Shown: piece after piece, positions 9,818 to 18,749 of the stretch | Layout of the letters: each line of letters begins with the position of its first letter | Numbering within the stretch: the stretch's first letter is position 1 | NCBI GenBank assembly: GCA_043721635.1 | Contig: JAYSQJ010000035.1 | Coordinates: 1 to 53,586, forward strand | Length of the DNA stretch: 53,586 nt | Direction: 5' to 3' | Origin: Acidimicrobiales bacterium | GTDB lineage: Bacteria > Actinomycetota > Acidimicrobiia > Acidimicrobiales > RAAP-2 | Notes under the pieces: model-generated | Database searches by the model: none | Told to the model about the DNA's origin: nothing | What the model saw: the letters and a program-made list of their open reading frames with translations, nothing else | Translations under genes and position numbers: made by a program

Positions 9818-12073
9818 ATGAAACAGTACGAGCCGTTCGAAGGGACTATCGGGCGAACGCTCGCCGATTCGGTGCCGTGGTGGCCGACCCCGGCCCACCC
9901 CCGCGCGGGCGCCCCCAACGTCGTGGTCATGCTGATCGACGACCTCGGCTTCTCGCACTTCGGCTGCTTCGGCTCGGACCTCGCAACCCCGAACATCGAC
10001 TCGCTCGCGGCGGGTGGACTGCGCTACTCGAACTTCCACGTGACGCCACTGTGCTCTCCCACCCGTGCGGCGCTGCTCACGGGCCGCAACCATCACAGCG
10101 TGGGGATGCGGGGCATCTCCAACTGGAGCTCCGGCTATCCGAGCATGCGAGGCCAGATCTCGGTCCATGCGGCCACCATCGCCGAGGTGCTGCGCGAGGA
10201 GGGCTACACCACGTTCTGCGTCGGCAAGTGGCACCTGGCCGCGATGGAGAACTCGTCCTGCGCCGGCCCCTTCGACCAGTGGCCGCTGGCGCGCGGCTTC
10301 GACCGCTACTACGGCTACCTGGACGGGGAGACCGACCAGTTCACTCCGGACCTCGTCTACGACAACCACCGGGTCGAACAGCCCAAGAGCGTCGCCGACG
10401 GCTACCACCTCAGCGAGGATCTGGTCGACCACGCCCTCGGGTTCATCCACGACACGGTGTCGGTGCGACCGGACCGTCCCTTCTTCACCTACTTCGCCTT
10501 CGGGGCGACCCACGCGCCCCACCAGGCGCCGGCCTCGTACCTCGCGAAGCACCGCGGTCGCTACGACGAAGGTTGGGACGTCGCGCGCGACAAGTGGTTC
10601 GCGCGCCAGAAGGAACTCGGCATCATCCCCGAGTACACCGAGCTGGCCCCGCGCAACGAGGGCGTCGAGCCGTGGGACTCGTTGCCCTTGAACCAGAAGC
10701 TCCTGGCGAGCCGGCTCCAGGAGGCCTACGGGGCATTCCTCGAACACACCGACGACCAGATCGGGCGATTCGTTGCGGGACTTGGTGCGCTCGGCCAGCT
10801 CGACAACACCCTGATACTGCTGATGAGCGACAACGGCGCGAGCCAGGAGGGTGGGCCGTTCGGGGTGCTGCACGAGATGAAGTACTTCAATTTCGTCCAA
10901 GAGAGCCCCGACGAGGCCGTCAAACGGCTCGACGATATCGGAGGGCCGAGCAGTCACTCGAACTATCCATGGGGCTGGGCCCAAGCCGGCAACACCCCCT
11001 TCAAGTGGTACAAGCAGAACACCCACGAGGGCGGCGTCCACGTGCCCCTCATCGCCCATTGGCCCAGCGGCATCGCGGCGAGGGGCGAGGTGCGCACCCA
11101 GTTCCACTACGTCACCGACATCGCGCCCACGGTCCTCGAGGCGGCCGGCGTCACGATGCGCGAGTCCTACCGCGGCTACGAGCAGATGCCCATCGCGGGG
11201 GCGTCACTCGGGTACTCGTTCACCGACGGCGACGCGCCGAGCCGCAAGACCTCCCAGTACTTCGAGATGGGTGGGCACCGTGCGATGTACCACGAGGGTT
11301 GGAAGGCCGTGACCCGCCACGTCCACGGCGTCGACTTCGACGATGACCGTTGGGAGCTGTACCACGTCGCCGAGGACCCCTCCGAGTGCCGGGACCTCGC
11401 GAGCACGCACCCCGGGAAGCTCGCCGAGTTCGTGGCGATGTGGTGGCGTGACGCCGAGGAGTTTGGAGTGCTGCCCCTCGACGACCGGGGCGTCGAGTTA
11501 TTCGGCTCGCGGTACCGCGAGAACTCGGCGCACCCGTTGAGCCGCCACTACACCTACTTCCCCCCGCTCAGCCCGATCCCGCCCCAGGCGGCCGCGGGCA
11601 TCGGCGGGCGCAGTTGGGACCTCGAGGCGCGCGTCGACCGCCCGTTCGCCACGGGTGGAGTGATCATGGCCTCGGGCACCGAGAACGCCGGGATCAGCCT
11701 CTTCGTTCAGAACGACCGGCTGGTGCTCGACTACAACATCTTCGGCGATCACCACGTGCTGGTCTCGGACGTCGAGGTGCCCGAAGGCCCGTCGATTGTC
11801 GGACTGCGGTTCCGCCGGGGTCACCACGACGCCGACGCGACGCTCACGATCGACGGGCGCGACGCCGGCTCGGCCCACTTGCCGTTCCTCATGCGCATGT
11901 TCTCCACTATCGCCATGAGCATCGGTTACGACCACGGCTCGCCGGTGTCGAAGTACTACGTCGACGAGTTTCCCTTCGAGGGCCGCCTCGAGAGGGTGGA
12001 CATCCAGCTAATCTCACCGGGCAGCGCCGACGAGAAGGAAACGGCCGCCCGCGAGGGGATGGCGCGTCAATGA
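9818..12073 (+). CDS. Arylsulfatase (Cys-type, formylglycine-dependent)
   Basis: DDLG, CSPTRAALLTGR, GKWHL, HAPHQ and SDNG; no signal peptide. Confidence 0.93.
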   Translation: MKQYEPFEGTIGRTLADSVPWWPTPAHPRAGAPNVVVMLIDDLGFSHFGCFGSDLATPNIDSLAAGGLRYSNFHVTPLCSPTRAALLTGRNHHSVGMRGISNWSSGYPSMRGQISVHAATIAEVLREEGYTTFCVGKWHLAAMENSSCAGPFDQWPLARGFDRYYGYLDGETDQFTPDLVYDNHRVEQPKSVADGYHLSEDLVDHALGFIHDTVSVRPDRPFFTYFAFGATHAPHQAPASYLAKHRGRYDEGWDVARDKWFARQKELGIIPEYTELAPRNEGVEPWDSLPLNQKLLASRLQEAYGAFLEHTDDQIGRFVAGLGALGQLDNTLILLMSDNGASQEGGPFGVLHEMKYFNFVQESPDEAVKRLDDIGGPSSHSNYPWGWAQAGNTPFKWYKQNTHEGGVHVPLIAHWPSGIAARGEVRTQFHYVTDIAPTVLEAAGVTMRESYRGYEQMPIAGASLGYSFTDGDAPSRKTSQYFEMGGHRAMYHEGWKAVTRHVHGVDFDDDRWELYHVAEDPSECRDLASTHPGKLAEFVAMWWRDAEEFGVLPLDDRGVELFGSRYRENSAHPLSRHYTYFPPLSPIPPQAAAGIGGRSWDLEARVDRPFATGGVIMASGTENAGISLFVQNDRLVLDYNIFGDHHVLVSDVEVPEGPSIVGLRFRRGHHDADATLTIDGRDAGSAHLPFLMRMFSTIAMSIGYDHGSPVSKYYVDEFPFEGRLERVDIQLISPGSADEKETAAREGMARQ

Positions 12074-12082
12074 GGAGGAACG

Positions 12083-12994
12083 ATGCAACGAGTACGCACC
12101 CCTGACGAGCGATTCGACGGCCTGGCGGAGTTCCCCTACGTCGCGAGGTACTACGACGTGACCGACCCCACGGGCGCCGAGCCGTTGCGCATGGCGTACC
12201 GCGACGAAGGCCCGTCCGACGGCCGGGTCGTGATTCTGCTGCACGGCGAGCCGTCGTGGTCCTACCTCTACCGAACCATGGTGCCGCTCCTCATCGCCGA
12301 GGGCCACCGGGTCGTCGCCCCGGACCTCATCGGGTTCGGCCGCTCGGACAAGCCGAGCGACCGCGAGGAGTACACCTACGCCCGTCACGTCGAGTGGACT
12401 CGCGAGCTCCTCTTCGATCACCTGGACCTGCACGACGTGACCCTCTTCGGCCAGGACTGGGGGAGCCTTATTGGACTGCGCCTCGTGGGAGAGCATCCCG
12501 AGCGGTTCGCCCGGGTGGCGATCGGCAACGGGGGTCTACCGACCGGCGACGAGCGCATGAGCGACGCATTCGAGGCTTGGCGGGACTTCAGCCAGTCGAC
12601 GCCCGAGCTGCACATTGGCAACATCGTCTCGGGCGGCTGCGTGGCGCGCCTCTCGCCCGAGGTGGTCGCGGCGTACGACGCGCCGTTCCCCGACGATTCG
12701 TTCAAGCAAGGCGCCCGACAGTTCCCGAAGCTCGTGCCGACGTCGCCTGACGACCCGGCCCACGACGCCAACGTCGCCGCCTGGAAGGTGCTCGCGGCGT
12801 GGACGAGGCCGTTCCTCTGCTGCTACTCCGACGGTGACGCCATCACCAAGGGAGCCGATCGCAAGTTCCTCGAGGTCGTGCCCGGGACCAGGGGTCAAGC
12901 GCACGTCACCATCGAGGGGGGCGGCCACTTCTTACAAGAGGAGAGGGGCCCCGAGCTCGCGGCGGTGCTGAACGCCTTCATCGAGGTGAGTTAG
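12083..12994 (+). CDS. Haloalkane dehalogenase
   Basis: HGEPSWSYLYR, DLIGFGRSDKP, QDWG nucleophile elbow and GHFLQE; GAGGAGG RBS. Confidence 0.9.
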   Translation: MQRVRTPDERFDGLAEFPYVARYYDVTDPTGAEPLRMAYRDEGPSDGRVVILLHGEPSWSYLYRTMVPLLIAEGHRVVAPDLIGFGRSDKPSDREEYTYARHVEWTRELLFDHLDLHDVTLFGQDWGSLIGLRLVGEHPERFARVAIGNGGLPTGDERMSDAFEAWRDFSQSTPELHIGNIVSGGCVARLSPEVVAAYDAPFPDDSFKQGARQFPKLVPTSPDDPAHDANVAAWKVLAAWTRPFLCCYSDGDAITKGADRKFLEVVPGTRGQAHVTIEGGGHFLQEERGPELAAVLNAFIEVS

Positions 12995-13449
12995 AAGTAG
13001 CTCTCGCCGAGCTCCTCGCTCCACTTGGCGACGCGCAGCTCCCCTCGCGGGACGCTCCATCGAAAGACGGGCTTGATGTCGAGCACCGGCGTGCCGTCGA
13101 TGCCGTCGAGCCCCCGGACTCGCAGCGAACGCTCCGTGTACTCGTCGACCGCCACGGTCGTCAGCAGCAACCGGTTGGGACGATCCTTGTTGCGCTGGGC
13201 GAAGACGCCGACGTCGGGCCACTGCTCGTTGCCCCGAGGGTGGCGGTGCCAGGGGCCGGGCGGGACGTCCTCGGCCCAGTCGGCGAAGAAGACGATCTCG
13301 ACGTGCGAGAACTCGGCGAGCCCACTCAACGCCTCGCTCGGGACGTCCTGGGCCAGCTCGATGGTGCTCACGACGTCGTCCCAGTGGTCGTCGAGCGCCT
13401 CGCTTCGCTCGTTGCGGATGTAGGCGATGGTTCGAACCGTGTAATCCAT
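12991..13449 (-). CDS. TsaA/TrmO-like SAM-binding protein
   Basis: GVFAQR..RPNRL and GLDGIDGTPVLDIKP; TAGATT 6 nt before ATG. Confidence 0.85.
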   Translation of the reverse strand: MDYTVRTIAYIRNERSEALDDHWDDVVSTIELAQDVPSEALSGLAEFSHVEIVFFADWAEDVPPGPWHRHPRGNEQWPDVGVFAQRNKDRPNRLLLTTVAVDEYTERSLRVRGLDGIDGTPVLDIKPVFRWSVPRGELRVAKWSEELGESYF

Positions 13450-13571
13450 AATTTCAATCTACCGACGGAGCAAAGACGCCACGGACGTCGGGTCCGTGCG
13501 GACCCGGTGAGGTTCACGGGGCCGCCGGCGTGGGCGGTATCGTGGGCGTTCGCGAGAGGGATGTGGAGACG

Positions 13572-14165
13572 GTGGCTGAACTGACGTTTACGTACGGGAC
13601 AATGGCCGCGGGCAAGTCCACGCTGGCGCTGCAACTGTGCTGGCAACTACGCCAGAGCCGAAGTGACGTGGCCCTTTGGACCTTCGGGGATCGCAGCGAG
13701 GATGGAATGGTTACCAGTCGGATCGGTATTGAGGCCCAGGCCGAGGCCGTCGTGCCGGGCAGTGATCTCGCTGAACCGCTCGAGCGACTGATGGGCCGCG
13801 AGGTCAAGATCCTGGTGATCGACGAGGTGCAGTTCGCCAGCGTCGACCAGGTCGACGCCCTGGCCCAGTTGGTCGACGACCGCGGAGTGGACGTCCACGC
13901 GTTTGGTTTGTCGGCCGATTTCCTCTTGAACGTCTTTCCGGGCTCGGCGAGGCTTTTCGCCATCGCCGATGTCGCCCACGAGCTGCCGCTTACCTCGTCG
14001 TGCTGGTGCGGTGGGCGCGGACGCTGTAACGCCCGGATCGTCGATGGCGTCGTGGCGCGCGAGGGTGATCAGTTCTTCACCGGAGACGTGAGCGAAGGCG
14101 TCGTCCACTACCAGGTGCTCTGTCGCACCCACTACCGCCTCGGCCAACTGCGACCGATCCCGTGA
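13572..14165 (+). CDS. tdk: Thymidine kinase
   Basis: GTMAAGKST, IDEVQF, CWCG and YQVLCRTHY; GGAG RBS before GTG at 13572. Confidence 0.92.
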   Translation: MAELTFTYGTMAAGKSTLALQLCWQLRQSRSDVALWTFGDRSEDGMVTSRIGIEAQAEAVVPGSDLAEPLERLMGREVKILVIDEVQFASVDQVDALAQLVDDRGVDVHAFGLSADFLLNVFPGSARLFAIADVAHELPLTSSCWCGGRGRCNARIVDGVVAREGDQFFTGDVSEGVVHYQVLCRTHYRLGQLRPIP

Positions 14166-14235
14166 GTAAATCCAAGCCGTGATCCTCGTCGCCGAGGTCA
14201 CTCCGCGCCGCTCCTCGCGGTCCCATACTGGTTGA

Positions 14236-14406
14236 ATGAACTCCCCGGTCGCAGGGCCCCACGAACGTCTGCCCGACGTCGCGATTGACTGCGCCAGTCG
14301 CTTCGCGGTTTTCTCGGAATGTCCCCACTGCGGGTCGATGCTCAGCCCCGAGCACGCCCACTTTCGCTGTCTCACGTGCGGATGGCGCGACAGTTGCTGC
14401 GACTGA
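14236..14406 (+). CDS. 56-aa Cys-rich zinc-ribbon-like microprotein (not in ORF track)
   Basis: MNSPVAGPHERLPDVAIDCASRFAVFSECPHCGSMLSPEHAHFRCLTCGWRDSCCD*; CATACT -10-like hexamer 6 nt upstream; fills the intergenic gap. Confidence 0.7.
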   Translation: MNSPVAGPHERLPDVAIDCASRFAVFSECPHCGSMLSPEHAHFRCLTCGWRDSCCD

Positions 14407-14441
14407 GCGACACTGCGGGCAGGTCTTAGTTTTCTTTAACT

Positions 14442-14496
14442 TTTCACCCGTGTGGACCCTTCGGGTCACTCTCCGTTTACCTGTCCTTCCTAGGTT
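14442..14496 (+). promoter_or_regulatory. PHO-box-like 11-bp direct repeat units and -10 upstream of pstS
   Basis: TTTCACC (14442), GGTCACT (14464) and GTTTACC (14475) in 11-bp phase, resembling the actinobacterial GTTCACC unit; TAGGTT at 14491. Confidence 0.6.
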
Positions 14497-14571
14497 TCTT
14501 CATGGCAACACGTTCGAGTTACGAGACGTCGAGTCGCACACGATTCACTTTCTTTAGGAGGAAAGCCCATC

Positions 14572-15936
14572 ATGCAGAAGACCCTTCGAGGAAGGCTCGC
14601 CGTGGCAATCGCCACCGTCGGCCTCCTCTCCACCATGGCGGTGACCGTCGCGGGCGCTTCGGCGACCCTGACGGGCGACCTGAGCTTTTCGTCCTCGGAC
14701 GGAGCTAGTTCGATGGCGCCCGCGATGGGTGGCTCGAGTTTCGACGAGCCGTACTTCAACGCCGCCATCCCGACGTACATGTCGTTCGCGAGCGGCGTCT
14801 CGGGCGGCAACGCGCCGTCCGGCATGCCCCTCTACTCGCCCGTGGGCTCGACCAGCGGCAAGAAGGGCGTCATCGCGGGCACCTACGCCGTCGGCGCCTC
14901 GGACGTGCCGATGGGCACGACCGTCAACGGCACCAACCTCGACTCGTCGCTCCTGACGAACGCGGACGCGGCCCACACGCTCAACAGCTACGTGCAGATC
15001 CCGGTCGTCCTGGGAGGCGTAGGCCTGATGTACAACTTGCCCTCGTTGAAGAAGTTCGCCAAGTATCCGGTGATCCTCAACGCGACGGCCCTGGCCGGTA
15101 TCTACGACGGCGCCATCACCAAGTGGAACGATCGCTCGATCTGCAAGTTGAATCCGAAGATCTACAACTTCCACTACAAGTGGGTCACGGTGAAGAAGAA
15201 CGGCAAGAAGGTCCGGATCCACCGTCTGATCTCCAAGTCCTGCGCGATGCCCAACATCCCCGTCGTGCCGGTGTACCGCGCCGACGGCTCGGGCACTTCG
15301 TTTATCTTTATGGACTACCTGAACCAGACTGCCGGCGCCAACTTCAAGACGTCCGGAGGCACCGAGATCTTCCCCAGCACGACGTTCAACCAGGGCCAGA
15401 TTCCGAGCAACGCGCTCGGTGGCCAGAAGAACGCCGGAGTCGCCGCTGACGTCCAACAGACGACGGGAGGGATCGGCTACGTGGAGTACTCCTACATTCT
15501 GCTCCAGCACACGCTGCCCGCCGCCCGCGTCGTGAACGCCAAGGGCCAGGCCACGGTCCTCAGCCAGACGAGCGTCGCCGCCGACGCCGCCGCGTTCTCC
15601 AGCACTCCACCCAAGGAGAACTCCGACGGCCACGTGTCGAACTTCTCGATCGTCAACGGCGCCCAATCGGGTGACTACCCAATTGCCGGCTACAGCTGGG
15701 CCATCGTGCGTCAGGACTGGAACGGCCTCGGGAGCTTCGGTGGCGTGACCGCCTCGGCGAACTCCGAGAGGCTCGTCGCTAAGTTCCTCGACTGGGCCGT
15801 CCAGGGCGGTTCGAAGGGCGGCCAGACAGTGGCCAAGCAACAGGGCTACGTCCCGCTGCCGGCCTACGTGACCACGCTCGCCGCGCAGCAGATCGGCACC
15901 ATGACTTACAACGGGGCATCGTTGGGTCTGAATTAG
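14572..15936 (+). CDS. pstS: Phosphate ABC transporter substrate-binding protein
   Basis: GGSSF, GASDVP, ITKWND, RADGSGTS, GGIGYVEYSY and YPIAGYSW; AGGAGG RBS; first gene of the pst operon. Confidence 0.9.
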   Translation: MQKTLRGRLAVAIATVGLLSTMAVTVAGASATLTGDLSFSSSDGASSMAPAMGGSSFDEPYFNAAIPTYMSFASGVSGGNAPSGMPLYSPVGSTSGKKGVIAGTYAVGASDVPMGTTVNGTNLDSSLLTNADAAHTLNSYVQIPVVLGGVGLMYNLPSLKKFAKYPVILNATALAGIYDGAITKWNDRSICKLNPKIYNFHYKWVTVKKNGKKVRIHRLISKSCAMPNIPVVPVYRADGSGTSFIFMDYLNQTAGANFKTSGGTEIFPSTTFNQGQIPSNALGGQKNAGVAADVQQTTGGIGYVEYSYILLQHTLPAARVVNAKGQATVLSQTSVAADAAAFSSTPPKENSDGHVSNFSIVNGAQSGDYPIAGYSWAIVRQDWNGLGSFGGVTASANSERLVAKFLDWAVQGGSKGGQTVAKQQGYVPLPAYVTTLAAQQIGTMTYNGASLGLN

Positions 15937-15941
15937 TCGCC

Positions 15942-15957
15942 GGGCCTCCCGAGGCCC
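15942..15957 (+). terminator. Intercistronic hairpin between pstS and pstC
   Basis: GGGCCT-CCCG-AGGCCC just after the pstS stop; no U-tract, so probably mRNA-stabilising. Confidence 0.45.
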
Positions 15958-15976
15958 CTGGCGTCCCCATCCACCT

Positions 15977-16936
15977 ATGAGAACCAAGGAACAAGACAAG
16001 AAACTGTCAACCGATGTGGCCGAGAGGATTCGTCTCTCGGCCACATCGGACCGTCCCTACGCCTTCGTGCTCCGCGGCGCCGCGTTCTTCTTCGGTGCGG
16101 TCATCGTGGTCTTCGTCTGGAGCGTCGTCAAGACCGCTTGGCCGGCGCTGCATCAGTACACGTACCACCTCGTGACCGGCAAGGCCTGGATATCGGGCAC
16201 CGGCCCGTACGGGGCGCTCGCGCTCTTGACCGACACGGTCCTGACGACACTGATCGCCTTGGCAATCGCTGTGCCGGTGGGCATCTCGTCGGCGCTGGCC
16301 CTCTTGTTCCTGATCCCCCGGAGGATCAAGGCGTTCGCCTCGTCGCTCGTCGAGTTGCTGGCCGCGGTCCCCTCGGTTGTCTACGGACTGTGGGGGCTCG
16401 TGTACCTGGCACCGTGGCTGAGCCACACCGTCCAGCCCTTCCTCGCCGGCCTCACCGGCGGCCGGTGGCCGTTCAGCGGCGCCCAGGAGGGCTTCAGCGT
16501 GCTGCTCGCCGGCCTCGTACTCTCGGTCATGATCCTGCCGACGATCGTCGCCATTTCGCGCGACGTGATCGCGGTCGTGCCCCAGGACCTCATCGAGGGG
16601 GGGCTCTCGCTCGGGGCCACCCGCAGCCAGGTCTTCACCCGCGTCGTCCTGCCGACGGCCAAGACCGGCATCTTCGGCGCGATTGCGCTGGGCGCCGGAC
16701 GCGCACTCGGCGAGACCATCGCCGTCGCCATGGTCATTGGATCGAACCCGCAACTGCCGCACTCGCTGTTCACGACCGGCGCGACGCTAGCCTCGACCAT
16801 CGCCACTGAGTTCGGCAACGCCACCGGCAACGCCGGTAGCGCGCTGGCGGCCCTGGCCCTGATGCTCATGGTGATCACGGCTAGCGTGAATGCCTTCGCG
16901 CGAGTGCTGACCAAGCGGGCTCAGGGGGCTGCATGA
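15977..16936 (+). CDS. pstC: Phosphate ABC transporter permease
   Basis: ELLAAVPSVVYGLWG, EGGLSLGATR and GRALGETIAV. Confidence 0.93.
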   Translation: MRTKEQDKKLSTDVAERIRLSATSDRPYAFVLRGAAFFFGAVIVVFVWSVVKTAWPALHQYTYHLVTGKAWISGTGPYGALALLTDTVLTTLIALAIAVPVGISSALALLFLIPRRIKAFASSLVELLAAVPSVVYGLWGLVYLAPWLSHTVQPFLAGLTGGRWPFSGAQEGFSVLLAGLVLSVMILPTIVAISRDVIAVVPQDLIEGGLSLGATRSQVFTRVVLPTAKTGIFGAIALGAGRALGETIAVAMVIGSNPQLPHSLFTTGATLASTIATEFGNATGNAGSALAALALMLMVITASVNAFARVLTKRAQGAA

Positions 16937-17859
16937 CCGACACCCTGACCAACCTGCCCCCCGACCCGATCCTCGAGCGCCGACACGAGATCCACGAGCG
17001 CGCGGCCCACACGATCGGTCGCCGGACCCTGATCTCGAGAATCTACGTATTCGCGCTGCTCGCGGCCTTCCTCCTCGCGCTCGTGCCGCTGGGCTCGGTG
17101 ATCTTTGCGCTCTTACAGAAGGGGATCACCTCGATCAGCTGGCCGTTCCTGCACACCCTTCCGACCCAGCCCAGCCTCGTCGCCCAGAACGCCATCGGCG
17201 GCATCGGCAACGCCATCGAGGGGACGTTCATCATCGACGGGCTCGCGGGGCTCATCGCCATCCCGATCGCCGTGCTGGTCGGTCTGTACCTCGCGGAGTC
17301 CTCGACGCGCGTCGCCAATTTCCTGCGGGCGATCACCGAGATCATGACCGGGCTGCCCTCGATCCTGCTGGGCGTCTTCGCCTACGAGTACGTGGTCGTG
17401 CCGATGAAGAGCTTCTCGGGCATGGCGGGCATCGTGGCGCTGGCCGTGCTGATGGTGCCGGTCATCGCCAAGGCCTCCGAGATCGCCTTTCGCGGCGTTC
17501 CGACGACGCTGAAGGAGGCCGGTCTGGCGCTCGGCGCGCGCAACTCGCGGGTCACCCGCGGGATCATCATCCCCGCGGCGATGCCCGGCGTGATCACCGG
17601 CGTCCTGCTCTCGCTCGCGCGCGCCATGGGCGAGACGGCCCCGATCCTGCTCGTCATCGGCGCGTCGTCTAACTGGACGTGGAACCCCGTGCACCAGATG
17701 TCGTCGCTGCCACTTCTCGCGTACAACTATTCCGGTTCGCAGTACCCCAGCCAGCGCGCGGCGGCCTGGGGCGTGGCACTGACTTTGGTCATCATGGTGA
17801 TGGCTCTCAGTTTGGCGAGTCGATACGTGTCGGCGCGTATGAGAAGGGAACGGCACTAA
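16933..17859 (+). CDS. pstA: Phosphate ABC transporter permease
   Basis: [18 protein letters not shown] and ARAMGETAP. Confidence 0.93.
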   Translation: MTDTLTNLPPDPILERRHEIHERAAHTIGRRTLISRIYVFALLAAFLLALVPLGSVIFALLQKGITSISWPFLHTLPTQPSLVAQNAIGGIGNAIEGTFIIDGLAGLIAIPIAVLVGLYLAESSTRVANFLRAITEIMTGLPSILLGVFAYEYVVVPMKSFSGMAGIVALAVLMVPVIAKASEIAFRGVPTTLKEAGLALGARNSRVTRGIIIPAAMPGVITGVLLSLARAMGETAPILLVIGASSNWTWNPVHQMSSLPLLAYNYSGSQYPSQRAAAWGVALTLVIMVMALSLASRYVSARMRRERH

Positions 17860-18692
17860 TGGAGTCGAGCGAGACTGAGAGCACCATGATGAAGGAACTG
17901 TTCACCGACCCGTTGCCGGGTGCGACCGCCATGAGCCTGCGCGACGTCGCTGTCTCGTTCAACGGTCGAACGGCGATCCGCAACGCGACCTTCGACGTCG
18001 CGGCGAACCGGGTCACGTCGTTGATCGGGCCCTCCGGATCAGGCAAGACCACGCTGCTGCGCGCGCTCAACCGCCTCCACGACCTGACCAAGAGTGCCCA
18101 GGTCACCGGCGAGATCAGATTGGGCGAGGTCGACATCTACGGCGGCAACCTTCCGACGACGTTGCTGCGCAGCCGCATTGGCATGGTCTTCCAGCGGCCC
18201 AACCCCTTCCCGACGATGTCGATCTACGACAACGTGGTGTCGGGCCTGCGCTTCAACGGAATCAAGAAGAAGTCACTGCTCGACGAGGCCGCCGAGTCAG
18301 CCCTCGTCGCCTCGGCCCTCTGGGACAGCGTGTCGTCGCGCATGAAGGCCCACGCCGTCACCCTCTCGGGCGGCGAGCAGCAGCGACTGTGCATCGCGAG
18401 AGCCCTCGCGGTCGAGCCGGAGATCCTCCTCATGGACGAGCCGACGTCGTCGCTGGACCCGATCGCCACCCAGGCGATCGAGGGACTGATGAGCGAGCTG
18501 AAGAACCGAGTCACCATCATCATCGTGACCCACAACATGCAACAGGCCTTTCGGGTCTCGGACGACTGCGCCTTCTTGCTCATGGGCGACGACCGGGCCG
18601 GCGAACTCATTGAGTTCGGGCCGACCACGAAGATCTTCAACGATCCCGACGACGAGCGCACTCTCGACTACATTCAGGGCCGCTTCGGCTGA
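17859..18692 (+). CDS. pstB: Phosphate ABC transporter ATP-binding protein
   Basis: [41 protein letters not shown] and YIQGRFG; ATG overlaps the pstA stop. Confidence 0.95.
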   Translation: MESSETESTMMKELFTDPLPGATAMSLRDVAVSFNGRTAIRNATFDVAANRVTSLIGPSGSGKTTLLRALNRLHDLTKSAQVTGEIRLGEVDIYGGNLPTTLLRSRIGMVFQRPNPFPTMSIYDNVVSGLRFNGIKKKSLLDEAAESALVASALWDSVSSRMKAHAVTLSGGEQQRLCIARALAVEPEILLMDEPTSSLDPIATQAIEGLMSELKNRVTIIIVTHNMQQAFRVSDDCAFLLMGDDRAGELIEFGPTTKIFNDPDDERTLDYIQGRFG

Positions 18693-18749
18693 TCTGGGGC
18701 CCCGTCGCGACGTGGCAAACTGTCCCCGACATCGTACGAGGGGACAGTC

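Noticed and set aside
8816-11107. 763-aa minus-strand ORF, and similar long antisense ORFs (14554-16044, 28124-29650, 31491-32930, 37379-38968, 51472-52809)
   Set aside because: They shadow well-supported genes on the opposite strand and have no motifs; this is expected from stop-codon scarcity in high-GC DNA
14285-14557. 90-aa ORF upstream of pstS
   Set aside because: It overlaps the better-supported 56-aa Cys-rich frame and the pstS promoter repeats, and has no motif
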